Assembly: GCA_963828195.1 (NCBI GenBank)
Contig: CAWHDT010000007.1
Location: 128,001-192,000, forward strand
From: Candidatus Bathyarchaeota archaeon
Lineage (GTDB): Archaea; Thermoproteota; Bathyarchaeia; Bathyarchaeales; Bathycorpusculaceae
Direction of reading: 5' to 3'
DNA length: 64,000 bases
The position numbers and the translations under genes are program-made. A model generated the notes under the pieces. It saw only the letters and a program-made list of their open reading frames with translations, was not told where the DNA came from and made no database searches. Shown here in pieces: positions 1-10,343 of this stretch; the first letter of the stretch is position 1; each line of letters opens with the position of its first letter.

Positions 1-551
1 TAGAAATTATCTTTTTCTTCAAGCTTAAGAAGCGAAAGTTATCCTTTGGTCGTGATGAGGTAATATTCGGGATTTGTTCACTGTTACTGCATTTTGTAAC
101 GACATTATGTTTTTATAGACTTTTCATTTTCAATATTGTTATCGCTCTTGCTATTTGTTTAGTACATTTTTTTTGTGTCAACAAATCTTTACAAGAGCCT
201 TCTTATCGGAAAGCACATTCATAGCACGAGTGATAAAATAACTGTTGAAGGAGCGTTTGGGTATGAAACCAGAAGAACGACCAATCTATAATTCACATCA
301 CTATTTGCCGTTTGCCCATGGATTACTAAATTATGAAGAAGATTGCAAGAATGCACGGAAAAGTTGTTTTAAGATGAAACTAAACCGGTTGCCGTATCAG
401 AAAAGAAATTAGGAGTGTATCGAAAGCAACGCGCACCGAATCCCGCCGAAAAATCCTCTTGAGTTAATTAGGCATCATCAATTAATTCTTTAAAATAATG
501 TTTTTGGTTTGATTTTTTAAAAAAAGAGGAAAGGGTTGTTGGCTTGTTAAG

Positions 552-1514
552 TTATGGGCCTGCTGATTTCCACGCGACTGAGAAGCTTTGACCGCCTGAG
601 CCGACGGATGATGGCTGTGCCATGGTTGCGCCTGTTGACTTGTTGACCATTGTTATCTCATTTGCCGCGGAGCTTGATGGAGTAAGTGTCCCGCTTGCTG
701 CGGTGGCGGAACAAGAGCTGAAGCTGACCCCGGGGGTGTTGCCGAAGTTCGCTAGCGGTAGGACTCCGCTGGAAGAGGATGGTGCCTCTGCAATCCACTC
801 AGCTGAAGACCGGGCGGCGCCAGAAACAGATGAAGAAGTGCTGTAGGTCCAGCCGTGTGCGGTTGATTCGTCAGTGATGGTTATGGTGAATTCGCTGGTT
901 GATCTGCCGAATGCATTGCTTGGGTTGTTGAATGCGTTAGCCGGGTTGTTGAGTACGCTTCCCGTTGCGTCCAAAATGGGGTTTGAGCTGCCTAGTATAC
1001 TGTTTGGGCCGCCGAAGTCGGGTCCGCCTGAGGTGCCACTGTACTTCACTGATGCAGAAATTACGTCTCCTGCAGCTACTGGGGCTGGAGTTGTGGTGGT
1101 CCTGTGGTTTACTGTTGTGGTTTGGACGATTTCGTACATTGGGCTCGGATAGAACTCGAACCAAGCGAGGTACGTTGTGGTTGCGCCGGTGGTTTCAGCG
1201 AGAATTCCTGTTTGCTCCACAGTTGAGGAACTGTACCCGTCGATGCCTACCCAGAAGGCTGCGTAGTACGTCGTTGTGGAGCTGGTGCCTGCAGTCATGG
1301 TTGGAACCGTCCAGACTCCGCTGACTGAAGAAACAGATGAACCAGTGACTGCGTATCCGCTCCAATTTGTACTGCTGACGTTGCTGCCGCTGATGCTTGC
1401 TATATTCATGTCTGGTGCAGTAATTAGGCTCGAGACAGCCAAAGCAGGGCTTACTGCTGCTAAAAGCATGAGGAAGCCAACGAGAAATGCTGATAGTTTG
1501 GTTGATGTTTTCAT
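552..1514 (-). CDS. Secreted glutamic peptidase, family G1 (eqolisin/PepG1-like), Ser/Thr-rich
   Basis: Signal peptide; SSTNWSGY, FWVGIDG, EQTG (catalytic Gln), AWFE and SAEWIAE (catalytic Glu) motifs; start refined to ATG 1514. Confidence 0.85.
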   Translation of the reverse strand: MKTSTKLSAFLVGFLMLLAAVSPALAVSSLITAPDMNIASISGSNVSSTNWSGYAVTGSSVSSVSGVWTVPTMTAGTSSTTTYYAAFWVGIDGYSSSTVEQTGILAETTGATTTYLAWFEFYPSPMYEIVQTTTVNHRTTTTPAPVAAGDVISASVKYSGTSGGPDFGGPNSILGSSNPILDATGSVLNNPANAFNNPSNAFGRSTSEFTITITDESTAHGWTYSTSSSVSGAARSSAEWIAEAPSSSSGVLPLANFGNTPGVSFSSCSATAASGTLTPSSSAANEITMVNKSTGATMAQPSSVGSGGQSFSVAWKSAGP

Positions 1515-1799
1515 TAAATGCATCCTTCTTTGTTCATAATTCCAATATTTATAGAGAGTTTTGAGCAAATATAAAAGTTTTCCAGAATGTTAAGCTGCCT
1601 GCGTTAAAGAGACGCAAATAAGCTAGCGTCTAAGCCCATGCATAACCTGAACTTTAGCGTGGGTACATAGGAATTTTTCATTTATGGGAATAAAATATTG
1701 CAATAAACTTTAATGTGCTGAAATTCAAAAAATGAATAATGGATTTTTTGAAAACCTTCTTATGCCATTGTTGCAAGTGTTTTATAAAGGGAGGGAAAC

Positions 1800-3056
1800 G
1801 TGGTTAACTTCTCGTCTACAAAACGCGAGATTCTTATTTTAGCCCTGTTGCTTGCCGTTTCCTTCCTAGTCAGGGTTCTCCTGTTTCCCCTAAAAGGATA
1901 CCCTATTGACACGGGAGATTTTATTTCATGGATTAATACTGCTACTCAATATGGCATAAGACCTTTTTACAATGTTGCAGGATTCAGCGATTATCCGCCT
2001 TTCAGCATTTACATTTTCTGGGTATTCGGCTCCTTTGCAAAAGCAGTTGGCATCAGCACAACAAACATAGTGAAGCTAGCGCCTAACCTTTTCGATTTAG
2101 GAACGGCAGCGCTGATTTACGTTTTTGTTAGAAAACAAGCGAGTTTCAAATCCGCTCTGCTGGCGACGTCGCTTTACGCTTTTAACCCGGCTGTAATCTA
2201 CAACGCGGCAGTATGGGGACAATATGACGCAATTTACACTTTCTTTTTGATACTTTCGCTTATGCTTGCGCTTAAATCCCGACCTAAACTTGCAGCCGCA
2301 GCCTTCGCGTTAGGGCTATTAACTAAGCCTCAGGGAATAGTTTTGGCGCCTCTGATCGCTTTCTTGATTTATAAGAAAAACGGGTTGAAAAATCTGCTAG
2401 TTTCTGTTGCGGTGTTTGCCGCGATGGTTTTCTTGGTTATTCTTCCGTTCGAATGGAGCAACCCGTTCACTTTCCTTTCCAAAATTTATTTTGGCGGTTA
2501 CGGCGAGTATGCGTACACTTCGATTAACGCTTTTAACCTGTGGGGTTTGTACGGCTTATGGGTGCCAGACGGAGGCCTGTATATTGCGGGTTTGGCGTTA
2601 TTCGGGGTCTTCGCCGTCTTCACTTTATATGTTTTGTACAAACGGTTTAATGCTTCAAACGAGTTTCTGGCAATCTACGCAGCATTCATGTTTTTCTTCG
2701 CATTCTTCATGCTTCCAACCAGAATTCACGAGCGGTACCTGTTTCCAGCCATAAGCGTTTTGGCATTGATGTACCCGTTCCTCAAAAAAACCCGCCCGCT
2801 ATATTACGTTTTGACAGCGACTCTTCTGGTCAATCAAGCCTACGTGCTCTACTGGCTCAATTTATCTTATCCTAACGCTGGACCTAATTTGACCGGAAAC
2901 CCCGTGGTTCTGGCGGTAAGCGCTATTAATTTATTGATGCTTGTCTATGCTTCAATACTAATGTGGAATCAGCTCAGAGGGCATGGAGGGCTCGAACCTG
3001 AACCGCCACCAGCGCCCACGTTAAGCCAAAGCCAAGAGAGGGGTGAACCGAAATGA
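1800..3056 (+). CDS. Multi-pass GT-C glycosyltransferase (mannosyltransferase-like)
   Basis: DYPP, NPA..YNAAVWGQYD, KPQ and HERY motifs; many TM segments. Confidence 0.75.
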   Translation: MVNFSSTKREILILALLLAVSFLVRVLLFPLKGYPIDTGDFISWINTATQYGIRPFYNVAGFSDYPPFSIYIFWVFGSFAKAVGISTTNIVKLAPNLFDLGTAALIYVFVRKQASFKSALLATSLYAFNPAVIYNAAVWGQYDAIYTFFLILSLMLALKSRPKLAAAAFALGLLTKPQGIVLAPLIAFLIYKKNGLKNLLVSVAVFAAMVFLVILPFEWSNPFTFLSKIYFGGYGEYAYTSINAFNLWGLYGLWVPDGGLYIAGLALFGVFAVFTLYVLYKRFNASNEFLAIYAAFMFFFAFFMLPTRIHERYLFPAISVLALMYPFLKKTRPLYYVLTATLLVNQAYVLYWLNLSYPNAGPNLTGNPVVLAVSAINLLMLVYASILMWNQLRGHGGLEPEPPPAPTLSQSQERGEPK

Positions 3057-4840
3057 ACCTGGGGTTACAAATCAACAAGAAAGACTTGGTTACTATAGTT
3101 TTGTTATGCATCGTTTTTTTCTCCATAGCTGTGGTTAACCTTGGGGATACAACTTACCCCACAACTGTAACTCAAGTCACGGCTGGACAGGGCTTCTACG
3201 TTAATTTCGGCAGCCCAACCAACGTTAACTCGATCTTTTTCCTGCTGGATGTAGGAGCGATGAACGTCACCGTTTATTCGGGGACGCCGGGAAACTGGAC
3301 AATTGTTACAAACAGTATTGAACCGCCTCTTTCCAGCGGCGCATGGTCGGAGGATTATAATAAATGGTATCAGATCCCCGTTGGTCAAACCACTCAGTAC
3401 TTGCAAGTAGACATTGGCTACGTCGGGGACAGCGATGGGACACAGCTTTCACAGATCGCTGTTTTAAACCAAAATGAACAGCAAGTCACAATTCAATCAA
3501 TCACCAGTGACGAAACCGGAAGCTTGCCGGTAAACAACCTTGTCAACGCGCAAAGCACCTTTCACTACCCCATAGATTACATGGAAGAGACCTATTTTGA
3601 CGAAATCTACTTTGTCAGAACAGCCCAAGAATACCTGCATTACCAGTTGCCATACGAGTGGACGCATCCGCCGCTGGGAAAACTCATCCAAGCTTCAGGC
3701 ATCGTAATTTTCGGTTTTGACCCGTTCGGATGGCGAATAATGGGTGTCATCTTTGCCACACTTATGATTGCCCTCATGTATCTGCTTGGCAAAAAAATGT
3801 TCGGAACGTGGATTGGAGGTTTCTCAGCAGCGTTTTTGTTAACTTTTGACTTCATGCATTTCACCATGGCGCGGATGGGCACGGCTGACACCTACGTCGT
3901 GTTCTTTTCTTTGGCTTCGCAACTTTTCTTTTTGATTTACCTCAAAGATGTTCTTGCTAAAGGCTGGAAAACAAGCGTTGTACCTTTGTTTTTGGCTGTC
4001 ACGTTTGCCGCTTTAGGGTTCTCCACGAAATGGCTTGTTCTCTTCGGTTTTCTGGGGGAAATAGCTATCCTTGTGTCGCTGCGGCTCAGTGAAGTTAAAA
4101 ATTTGAGGGGGAACATATCTGCAAAGTTTTATGCTTTGCTTGATCGCCCGTACTCTCAAATTGTCGCTTTTATTTTGCTTGGAATAGGAATTTACTTTTT
4201 GACTTATATTCCAGACATGCTTGCGGGTAGGTCATTTATCGGCGTTTTAAATCTGCAGGAGCAAATGTATATTTACCAAGCAACCCTGAAGGCGACGCAT
4301 CCGTTTGCTTCTCCATGGTACAGTTGGCCTTTCATGTTTAACCCATTCAACCCGGCGACGCATACGCCCCTTTGGCTTCAAGTGGCAGGCAGCTCTAACG
4401 GTTTTGCCGCCGGTACAGAATCAACAATTGTTTTGCTGGGAAATCCGGCTGTCTGGTGGCTCGGCTTTATCATCATAGCAGGAATAGCCGTTTTCACGAT
4501 TCCAAAAATATTTTTGAAACGCGCCCACTTTAGTTTAAGAGAAAACTTGCCTGCCGTATTTATCCTTGTGATATTCTCTTTCCAGTGGCTGGTCTATATT
4601 TTCATTTCAAGAATTACTTTCATCTACCATTTCTACGTGTGCGTGCCATTCCTCTGTTTAGGTTCAGCTTTCGTAATAAACAGGTACTGGGGAAATAAGT
4701 GGGGGAAGATTTTGGGGATAGCTTACTTTGTGCTTGTGGTCGCGTTGTTTGTTCTTTTCTACCCCGTTATTTCAGGCGTGCCAACTACAACCTCGTTTGT
4801 GAAGAGTTTGGAGTGGTTCAAAAGCTGGATTCTGGGATAA
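3053..4840 (+). CDS. Dolichyl-phosphate-mannose-protein mannosyltransferase (PMT/GT39-like)
   Basis: YFDEIYF, EWTHPPLGK, FGWR, STKW, HPFASPWYSWP, GNP.VWW and F.YH.Y motifs; ATGA overlap with the upstream gene. Confidence 0.85.
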   Translation: MNLGLQINKKDLVTIVLLCIVFFSIAVVNLGDTTYPTTVTQVTAGQGFYVNFGSPTNVNSIFFLLDVGAMNVTVYSGTPGNWTIVTNSIEPPLSSGAWSEDYNKWYQIPVGQTTQYLQVDIGYVGDSDGTQLSQIAVLNQNEQQVTIQSITSDETGSLPVNNLVNAQSTFHYPIDYMEETYFDEIYFVRTAQEYLHYQLPYEWTHPPLGKLIQASGIVIFGFDPFGWRIMGVIFATLMIALMYLLGKKMFGTWIGGFSAAFLLTFDFMHFTMARMGTADTYVVFFSLASQLFFLIYLKDVLAKGWKTSVVPLFLAVTFAALGFSTKWLVLFGFLGEIAILVSLRLSEVKNLRGNISAKFYALLDRPYSQIVAFILLGIGIYFLTYIPDMLAGRSFIGVLNLQEQMYIYQATLKATHPFASPWYSWPFMFNPFNPATHTPLWLQVAGSSNGFAAGTESTIVLLGNPAVWWLGFIIIAGIAVFTIPKIFLKRAHFSLRENLPAVFILVIFSFQWLVYIFISRITFIYHFYVCVPFLCLGSAFVINRYWGNKWGKILGIAYFVLVVALFVLFYPVISGVPTTTSFVKSLEWFKSWILG

Positions 4841-4842
4841 AC

Positions 4843-5571
4843 TTGAGTAATAAAGTGTTGGTTTCTGTTGTTCTTCCAGCCTACAACGAAGCGGATAAAC
4901 TGGAGGGCGCCGTGACAAAAATCAGCCAAGCCCTAAAAGAAACGGGTTACAGCTATGAGATTGTAATTGCTGAAGACGGCAGCACGGACGGAACCGCTGA
5001 ACGCTCTGAAGAGCTGGCGCAAAAGTTCCCGTACATTAAGCATATTCACCGCGAAAAACGGTTGGGAAGGGGAACAGCTCTTAACAACGCTTTTAGGCAG
5101 TGCAGCGGCGAAGTTTTGGTTTACATGGATTTAGATTTAGCCACTGACCTCAAATCTCTCAAGCCTCTTGTCGACGCCATCGCGGTCGAAGGCTACGACT
5201 TATCAACTGGTTCAAGAATGCTGCCTGAAAGTAAGGTTGAACGCAGCCTTCGCAGAAGCATCAGCTCAAAAAGCTACAACTTTCTGGTTCGGCACATACT
5301 GGGCTCTAAAGTCAGGGACCACCAATGCGGCTTCAAAGCTTTCAAAAGAGAACCGCTCATGCAGTTGCTCGGTGAAGTAGAGGCGACTCACTGGTTTTGG
5401 GACACAGAAATAATTGTAAGAGCATACCGCCGCGGCTACAGGGTAAAAGAGATTCCAGTCGAATGGAAAAGCGGCGCAGGCACAAAAGTTAACATCATCA
5501 AAGATTCCTCAAGCATGTTTAGCCAGGTGATGAAGCTTTGGTGGAAACTGAAAATAAAACGGGAAGCCTAA
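4843..5571 (+). CDS. GT2 dolichyl-phosphate hexose (mannose/glucose) synthase
   Basis: VVLPAYNE, EDGSTDGT, DLDL, DHQCGFKAF and WFWDTE motifs; TTG start at 4843 just after the PMT stop. Confidence 0.85.
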   Translation: MSNKVLVSVVLPAYNEADKLEGAVTKISQALKETGYSYEIVIAEDGSTDGTAERSEELAQKFPYIKHIHREKRLGRGTALNNAFRQCSGEVLVYMDLDLATDLKSLKPLVDAIAVEGYDLSTGSRMLPESKVERSLRRSISSKSYNFLVRHILGSKVRDHQCGFKAFKREPLMQLLGEVEATHWFWDTEIIVRAYRRGYRVKEIPVEWKSGAGTKVNIIKDSSSMFSQVMKLWWKLKIKREA

Positions 5572-6113
5572 CCGTGTCGTGAGCCTAAAAGAACAAAAGA
5601 TCTAGCAACCAACGCTAAACCACCAATCAGAATTATGCCAGCCCAAAAAACAAACCACTCGCTCATTATAGTCATGTTTACAAGGTAAGTAATCGCTAAA
5701 TAGCTTGCTCCAAGCCAAAAAACAACGTTTTCAACAGTTTCAGCTTTTCTTGTAAGCGGCGAATGCATCAAAATCCGTATCGCTAAAACCGAAAGTTCTA
5801 AAATGCCTAAACCCAAACACAGCTCGAAAGCAGCATTATAAATAATCGTGTAGGCGCCCGGATTGAACGGCGCAGGCAAAGAAAAACTGGTTCCTGGAAC
5901 TTGAGCTAAAACAAACGAGCCGAAAAAACTGACTAAGGCATTCCAGATATTTTGTGAGAGATTAATGACGTAAACCACGGCGACCAGAATAAAAATAAGC
6001 CCCGCATATACTGCGGTAATCAAGTTTTCTTTTTTCTTCTCATTTAGCGCCTGCGTTTTCAAATCATCAGTCAAGCGGGTTGTCCCCATGCGAATATACT
6101 CCTTGAGAACCAT
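5568..6113 (-). CDS. Hypothetical membrane protein
   Basis: 181-aa ORF with about 4 hydrophobic helices. Confidence 0.65.
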   Translation of the reverse strand: MVLKEYIRMGTTRLTDDLKTQALNEKKKENLITAVYAGLIFILVAVVYVINLSQNIWNALVSFFGSFVLAQVPGTSFSLPAPFNPGAYTIIYNAAFELCLGLGILELSVLAIRILMHSPLTRKAETVENVVFWLGASYLAITYLVNMTIMSEWFVFWAGIILIGGLALVARSFVLLGSRHG

Positions 6114-6191
6114 ATATGTTTCTCTATAAACCGAATTAGTGCAAGTTTTAATAGTTTGAGATGATTAAAAAGATAAAGCTGGAGAATTCGC

Positions 6192-6596
6192 ATGTCATAT
6201 TGTCCCAAATGTGGTGATGTCATTGATGGCACAATAGTTTTTTGCCCAAAATGCGGGACAACACTGAAAGACGCAGCACCTATTCAAGAAGCATCTGCAA
6301 GCGGGGAACAAGAAAAGACGGAGAAACAAGAGAGCCCAGCAGTCGTCGATATTCAAGAGAAAAACCAGTATGACTTTGTGAAATACCTCGCCAGCGGGTT
6401 AATAATCATCGTATTAGGCGTATTCGCTATCCTGGATTTAACCATTCACAACTTTGACACGGGTCAGGCAATACCTATTGCGCTAATTTTAATCGGCATA
6501 ATCATAATAATCGCGGCAATTTACGTGACTGTTCCAACCCGAAAATATTTCCAGCGTCTCTTTAGCCGACCCAAAAAAGAGCCAGCGAAAACTTAG
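6192..6596 (+). CDS. Zinc-ribbon domain membrane protein
   Basis: YCPKCG...FCPKCG N-terminus and two C-terminal TM helices. Confidence 0.75.
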   Translation: MSYCPKCGDVIDGTIVFCPKCGTTLKDAAPIQEASASGEQEKTEKQESPAVVDIQEKNQYDFVKYLASGLIIIVLGVFAILDLTIHNFDTGQAIPIALILIGIIIIIAAIYVTVPTRKYFQRLFSRPKKEPAKT

Positions 6597-6670
6597 CCCC
6601 TGCCTGTTATGTATGGCTTATATGCGTCCCTTTTGAATAAATAAAACAGTAAACCTTTGACGTTTGGAGG

Positions 6671-7606
6671 GTGCAAGTTATGAACGAAACCGTTCGAGTG
6701 ACAGCGGATAGGATAAAGAGGCTTGAAGTTCAAGGTGCTAGAAACGTTGCTATAGAAGCTATAAAAGCCATCCAGACGTTGGCGGAGCAGACAAAAACCC
6801 GAAACAAAACAGCTTTCTTAGGCGAGCTCAAAGAAGCCCAAGCCACGCTTTTTGCCTCAAGAGAAACCGAGCCCTTAATGAGAAATGCCGTCCGCTGGAT
6901 AATCACTCAGGTACAAGAAAGCAGCACGGAAAAGGTTGATGTCCTAAGCGAGATGGTTGCTTCAAACGTCGCATTGTTTTTGCAGAATCTTGAGGCTTCA
7001 AGGGAAACCGCTGCGGAAATAGGCGCCAACCGAATACGCGACGGCATGTTAGTTTTCACTCACTGCCACAGCTCGACAGTGACACGCATGATTGCCAAAG
7101 CCAAAGCTGACGGCAAAAGCTTCAGCGTCATCTGCACTGAAACCCGACCCGCTTTCCAAGGAAGAATAACCGCGAAGGAAATGGTTGGGCTTGGCGTTCA
7201 AACCATGTTCATCGTAGATTCCGCCGCGCGATCCTACATGGGCGATGTGGACCTTGTGGTGGTAGGTGCAGACGCCATCACATCGGAGGGCAACGTGGTT
7301 AACAAGATTGGAACCAGCAGCATAGCCGTCTTAGCCGACGAAGCCAGAAAACCCTTCTACGTCGTTTCGGAACTCCTCAAGTTCGACCCAGAAACCCTCA
7401 GCGGAACATACGAACGGATTGAACAGCGAAATCCCAGCGAGGTCTGGAGTGAAGCACCACAGAAACTGTCTGTGCGCAACCCCGCCTTCGACGTAACCCC
7501 CAACCGCTACATCCACGGCATAATCTGCGAAGAAGGCATAATCGCACCCCAATCAATAGTAGAAACGGTACATCGAAGCTACCCATGGGTACTTAAACAA
7601 ACTTAG
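6671..7606 (+). CDS. e2b2: Ribose-1,5-bisphosphate isomerase (eIF-2B-like)
   Basis: QGA..VA, THCHSSTV, ETRP..QG, GADAI, NKIGT and NPAFDVTP motifs; convergent with RuBisCO. Confidence 0.9.
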   Translation: MQVMNETVRVTADRIKRLEVQGARNVAIEAIKAIQTLAEQTKTRNKTAFLGELKEAQATLFASRETEPLMRNAVRWIITQVQESSTEKVDVLSEMVASNVALFLQNLEASRETAAEIGANRIRDGMLVFTHCHSSTVTRMIAKAKADGKSFSVICTETRPAFQGRITAKEMVGLGVQTMFIVDSAARSYMGDVDLVVVGADAITSEGNVVNKIGTSSIAVLADEARKPFYVVSELLKFDPETLSGTYERIEQRNPSEVWSEAPQKLSVRNPAFDVTPNRYIHGIICEEGIIAPQSIVETVHRSYPWVLKQT

Positions 7607-8826
7607 GTTTTCCACTGCTCCAAGGCAACTTTCAATTCCCCGTGTGTTTTAGCGTACTCTTCCAAAGTTAGCCCTTTCAAGGTGGCGTCTACTGCTTGTC
7701 GCATTGCTTTTGCTCCTGCTACTGTTCCGTCTGGATGACCGTGTATTCCGCCGCCAGCTTGGATGACTACATCGTTCCCAAACGTCTCAAGTAAAGCGGG
7801 AACCAGTCTTGGGTGCAGTCCGCCTGATGCAACGGGCAAAACAGGCTTTAGGTCGCCCATTGGAGATTTGCAGGCGTCGATGTTTTCGAGGACTTCTGCT
7901 TTGGTTTCGCTCATTTTGCCGACGACGGTGCCCACGTGAAGTTGGTCTACGCCGATTATCCTTGCCACTGTTGCTATGGGGCGCATGGCTATGCCGTGCA
8001 GTTGGCTTTTGGTGAAGGCTGCGTGCCCTGCCCTGTGTGCATGTATGACGAGTTTGAAATTTTGATTTCTTAGAGTTTGCAGTGCTGACCAGCCAGTGGT
8101 TAAGATGTCCACCATGACGTATTCTCCGCCTTGAGCAATGACGGCTTCTGCCCGTCTGAGCATGAGGTTGGTTTCTGCGGTGACGTTTACCATGTAGACT
8201 TTGCGTTCACCCGTCTCCTCTTGTGCTTTGTCACGCTTGTCCAAAGTGTGGGCGAGTCGTTCTTCAAAAGGGTTGAAGGATTGGCTGCTGAGGTTTTCAT
8301 CGTCTTTCACGACGTCGCAGCCGCCGCTCCAAGCGTCATAAGCAACTTTGGCGTGGTCTTTGGTGTTTAATCCGAGTTTAGGCTTGATTATTGTGCCGAC
8401 AAGCGGGCGGGTTGGAACTTTTAGGAGGCTACGGATTCCCGCTATGCCGAAGGCTGGTCCTTTGAAGCTGTCCAACAGGTTTTTTGGGAACTTTATGTCG
8501 AGTAGGCGCAGGTTTTTGAGGGCTTTAAGCCCAAATACGTTTCCTGCGACGCTGCTTAGGATGTTGGGCATGTTGGCTGGCTCAAAGAGTTCGATGGGGT
8601 AGGCGATTTTGATTGTGTTGCCTTCTATGCTGTAGACGTGGGCTGCGAGCCGTTTGACGTAGGGTTTTTCGGTTGTGAGTTCTGTCCATGTGCCCACGGA
8701 GCTTTCCGCGGCGACGCCGCCTACGGCCTCTTTAAGGCTGATGCCCTCGGGCTCAAGGTAAAAAGCACAAACTAAATCGGTTTCTTTCGGCGCGTAAGTT
8801 AAATCCACAAAGTCAAGATACTTCAA
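7603..8826 (-). CDS. rbcL: Form III RuBisCO large subunit
   Basis: AESSVGTWT, GTIIKPKLGL, KDDEN, HAHRAGHAA, SGGLHP and GGGIHGHP motifs. Confidence 0.95.
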   Translation of the reverse strand: MKYLDFVDLTYAPKETDLVCAFYLEPEGISLKEAVGGVAAESSVGTWTELTTEKPYVKRLAAHVYSIEGNTIKIAYPIELFEPANMPNILSSVAGNVFGLKALKNLRLLDIKFPKNLLDSFKGPAFGIAGIRSLLKVPTRPLVGTIIKPKLGLNTKDHAKVAYDAWSGGCDVVKDDENLSSQSFNPFEERLAHTLDKRDKAQEETGERKVYMVNVTAETNLMLRRAEAVIAQGGEYVMVDILTTGWSALQTLRNQNFKLVIHAHRAGHAAFTKSQLHGIAMRPIATVARIIGVDQLHVGTVVGKMSETKAEVLENIDACKSPMGDLKPVLPVASGGLHPRLVPALLETFGNDVVIQAGGGIHGHPDGTVAGAKAMRQAVDATLKGLTLEEYAKTHGELKVALEQWKT

Positions 8827-8866
8827 AGAGTTCCTCTCAGATAAAGTGAGAACTGGCTTTTCCTTA

Positions 8867-8877
8867 AAATCTTTAAC
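8867..8877 (+). repeat. AAATCTTTAAC motif, copy 1 of 4 (others at 9636, 10182, 20540)
   Basis: Exact 11-mer seen in four intergenic gaps between rbcL and AMP phosphorylase; overlaps BRE/TATA-like elements. Confidence 0.6.
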
Positions 8878-8970
8878 CTATAATTCCAACGGTAAACCTC
8901 ATATTTTTTAACTGTAGAAACCTGAAATTTTAAGCAAAAAGCCGCGAAAATTTAAATCGTTGAGCAAGTC

Positions 8971-9549
8971 TTGCTTTACCAGAGGTTGACGAAAATTACG
9001 AACTTTTGGAAGGATATTCCAACGGGTGATAATCCGCCTGAGCTTTTGAACATGGTTATTGAAGTTGTAAGTGGCTCGCGGGATAAATACGAGTACGGCT
9101 TAAAATGGGAAGCCTTCGTACTGGATAGGATTATTCCCTCATCCGTGGTGTTTCCAGTGGAGTATGGGTTTGTCCCCCAAACATGGTTTGATGACAATGA
9201 CCCCTTAGATATTATGGTGCTCAGCTACGCACCCCTAAAGGTGGGTTGTATAGTTAAAGTTCGCGTCATAGGCGCCTTAATAATCGAAGACGAAGAAGGG
9301 CTGGACGCAAAGATTCTCTCGGTGTTAGTTAACGATGCCCGTTTCGAAGGTTACCATGATATAACCGATGTTCATAAGCACCGATTAATAGAGATTCAAG
9401 AATTCTTTGAAACTTACAAACGACTTGAACCCCACAAACATGTAAAGATCAGAGCGTGGAAAAACGCACAAGAATCCTGGGAAATCGTAAAATACGCAAT
9501 GGAAAAGTACCGTGAATTAAGTGAAAAGCCACCTGCAAAACACAAATAA
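8971..9549 (+). CDS. ppa: Inorganic pyrophosphatase, family I
   Basis: KYE, LDR, YGFVPQT, DNDPLD, D.KIL and FFETYK.LE motifs. Confidence 0.92.
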   Translation: MLYQRLTKITNFWKDIPTGDNPPELLNMVIEVVSGSRDKYEYGLKWEAFVLDRIIPSSVVFPVEYGFVPQTWFDDNDPLDIMVLSYAPLKVGCIVKVRVIGALIIEDEEGLDAKILSVLVNDARFEGYHDITDVHKHRLIEIQEFFETYKRLEPHKHVKIRAWKNAQESWEIVKYAMEKYRELSEKPPAKHK

Positions 9550-9732
9550 CCCTTAGATAACAGCTAAGGCAGCATTTAAGATGCCCCCAATCAGCCCGCC
9601 GCAACCATCACAAAGTCACGTTTGTTATGAATTTAAAATCTTTAACTGTTCATAGATTCACTCGCTTTATTGAGAGTGATTCAGACCAAAATCGCAAAAC
9701 TTAAAACTGGAGCAGATTAAACAGGACTAATT

Positions 9733-10134
9733 ATGGATAAGCAAATAAGCGCTCCGGGTTTGGTTCTTCTCGCCATCGGTTTTATGATATGGATAACATT
9801 GGTGATTGCGCCTAATTTTTGGGGTCTTTTCTTTTTTGATTCTTTTGTCTTGGCGGTTGGGCTTGCAATTTTAGGAGGCATTTTATTTGTCACAGGTGCG
9901 GATCGACCCGCAAACTCCACTCTAAACAAGAAAAGATTGACCGAAGGTTTTATTTTTGTTGCATTTAGCTATCCCATATTTTTCGTAATCGAAAGAAACA
10001 TCGGCAGTAACACTCCACCTTTTTTGGGTTGGACAATTTATATTCCGCTACTTCTGTTCGTCTTTGGATGTTTTCTGGTCTATTCTGCAAATACCAAGGT
10101 GCGTAATTCAAACAATAACTCTATTTTGGTATAA
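9733..10134 (+). CDS. Hypothetical membrane protein
   Basis: 133-aa ORF with 4 hydrophobic segments. Confidence 0.6.
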   Translation: MDKQISAPGLVLLAIGFMIWITLVIAPNFWGLFFFDSFVLAVGLAILGGILFVTGADRPANSTLNKKRLTEGFIFVAFSYPIFFVIERNIGSNTPPFLGWTIYIPLLLFVFGCFLVYSANTKVRNSNNNSILV

Positions 10135-10212
10135 AATACAAAGTGGTTTTCCCTTTGGATGGGTTAAACTCATTTTTCCTAAAATCTTTAACTATATGTG
10201 AAGATACCCACC

Positions 10213-10323
10213 TCAAAAGCCAGCAGAGGTCTGACCAACATCTTTGCTCTTTCTGATGAATTCAATTGATAGCGGTATTATTACTGCAAAAAGTGGCAGA
10301 ATTATCAAAGTTGGAAACTCTGG
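10213..10323 (-). pseudogene. Orphan PEF-CTERM-type sorting-signal/anchor fragment
   Basis: Minus strand reads PEFPTLIILPLFAVIIPLSIEFIRKSKDVGQTSAGF*; the frame closes about 13 codons upstream (TAA 10363-10365), so there is no gene body. Confidence 0.7.
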
Positions 10324-10343
10324 AAAAGGCAATAAACCCCTAA

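Noticed and set aside
1-540. Short ORFs at the window start
   Set aside because: AT-rich with broken frames and no recognisable motif
6671-7606. Translation factor eIF-2B or MtnA
   Set aside because: Context with form III RuBisCO and AMP phosphorylase, and the THCHS motif, fit R15P isomerase
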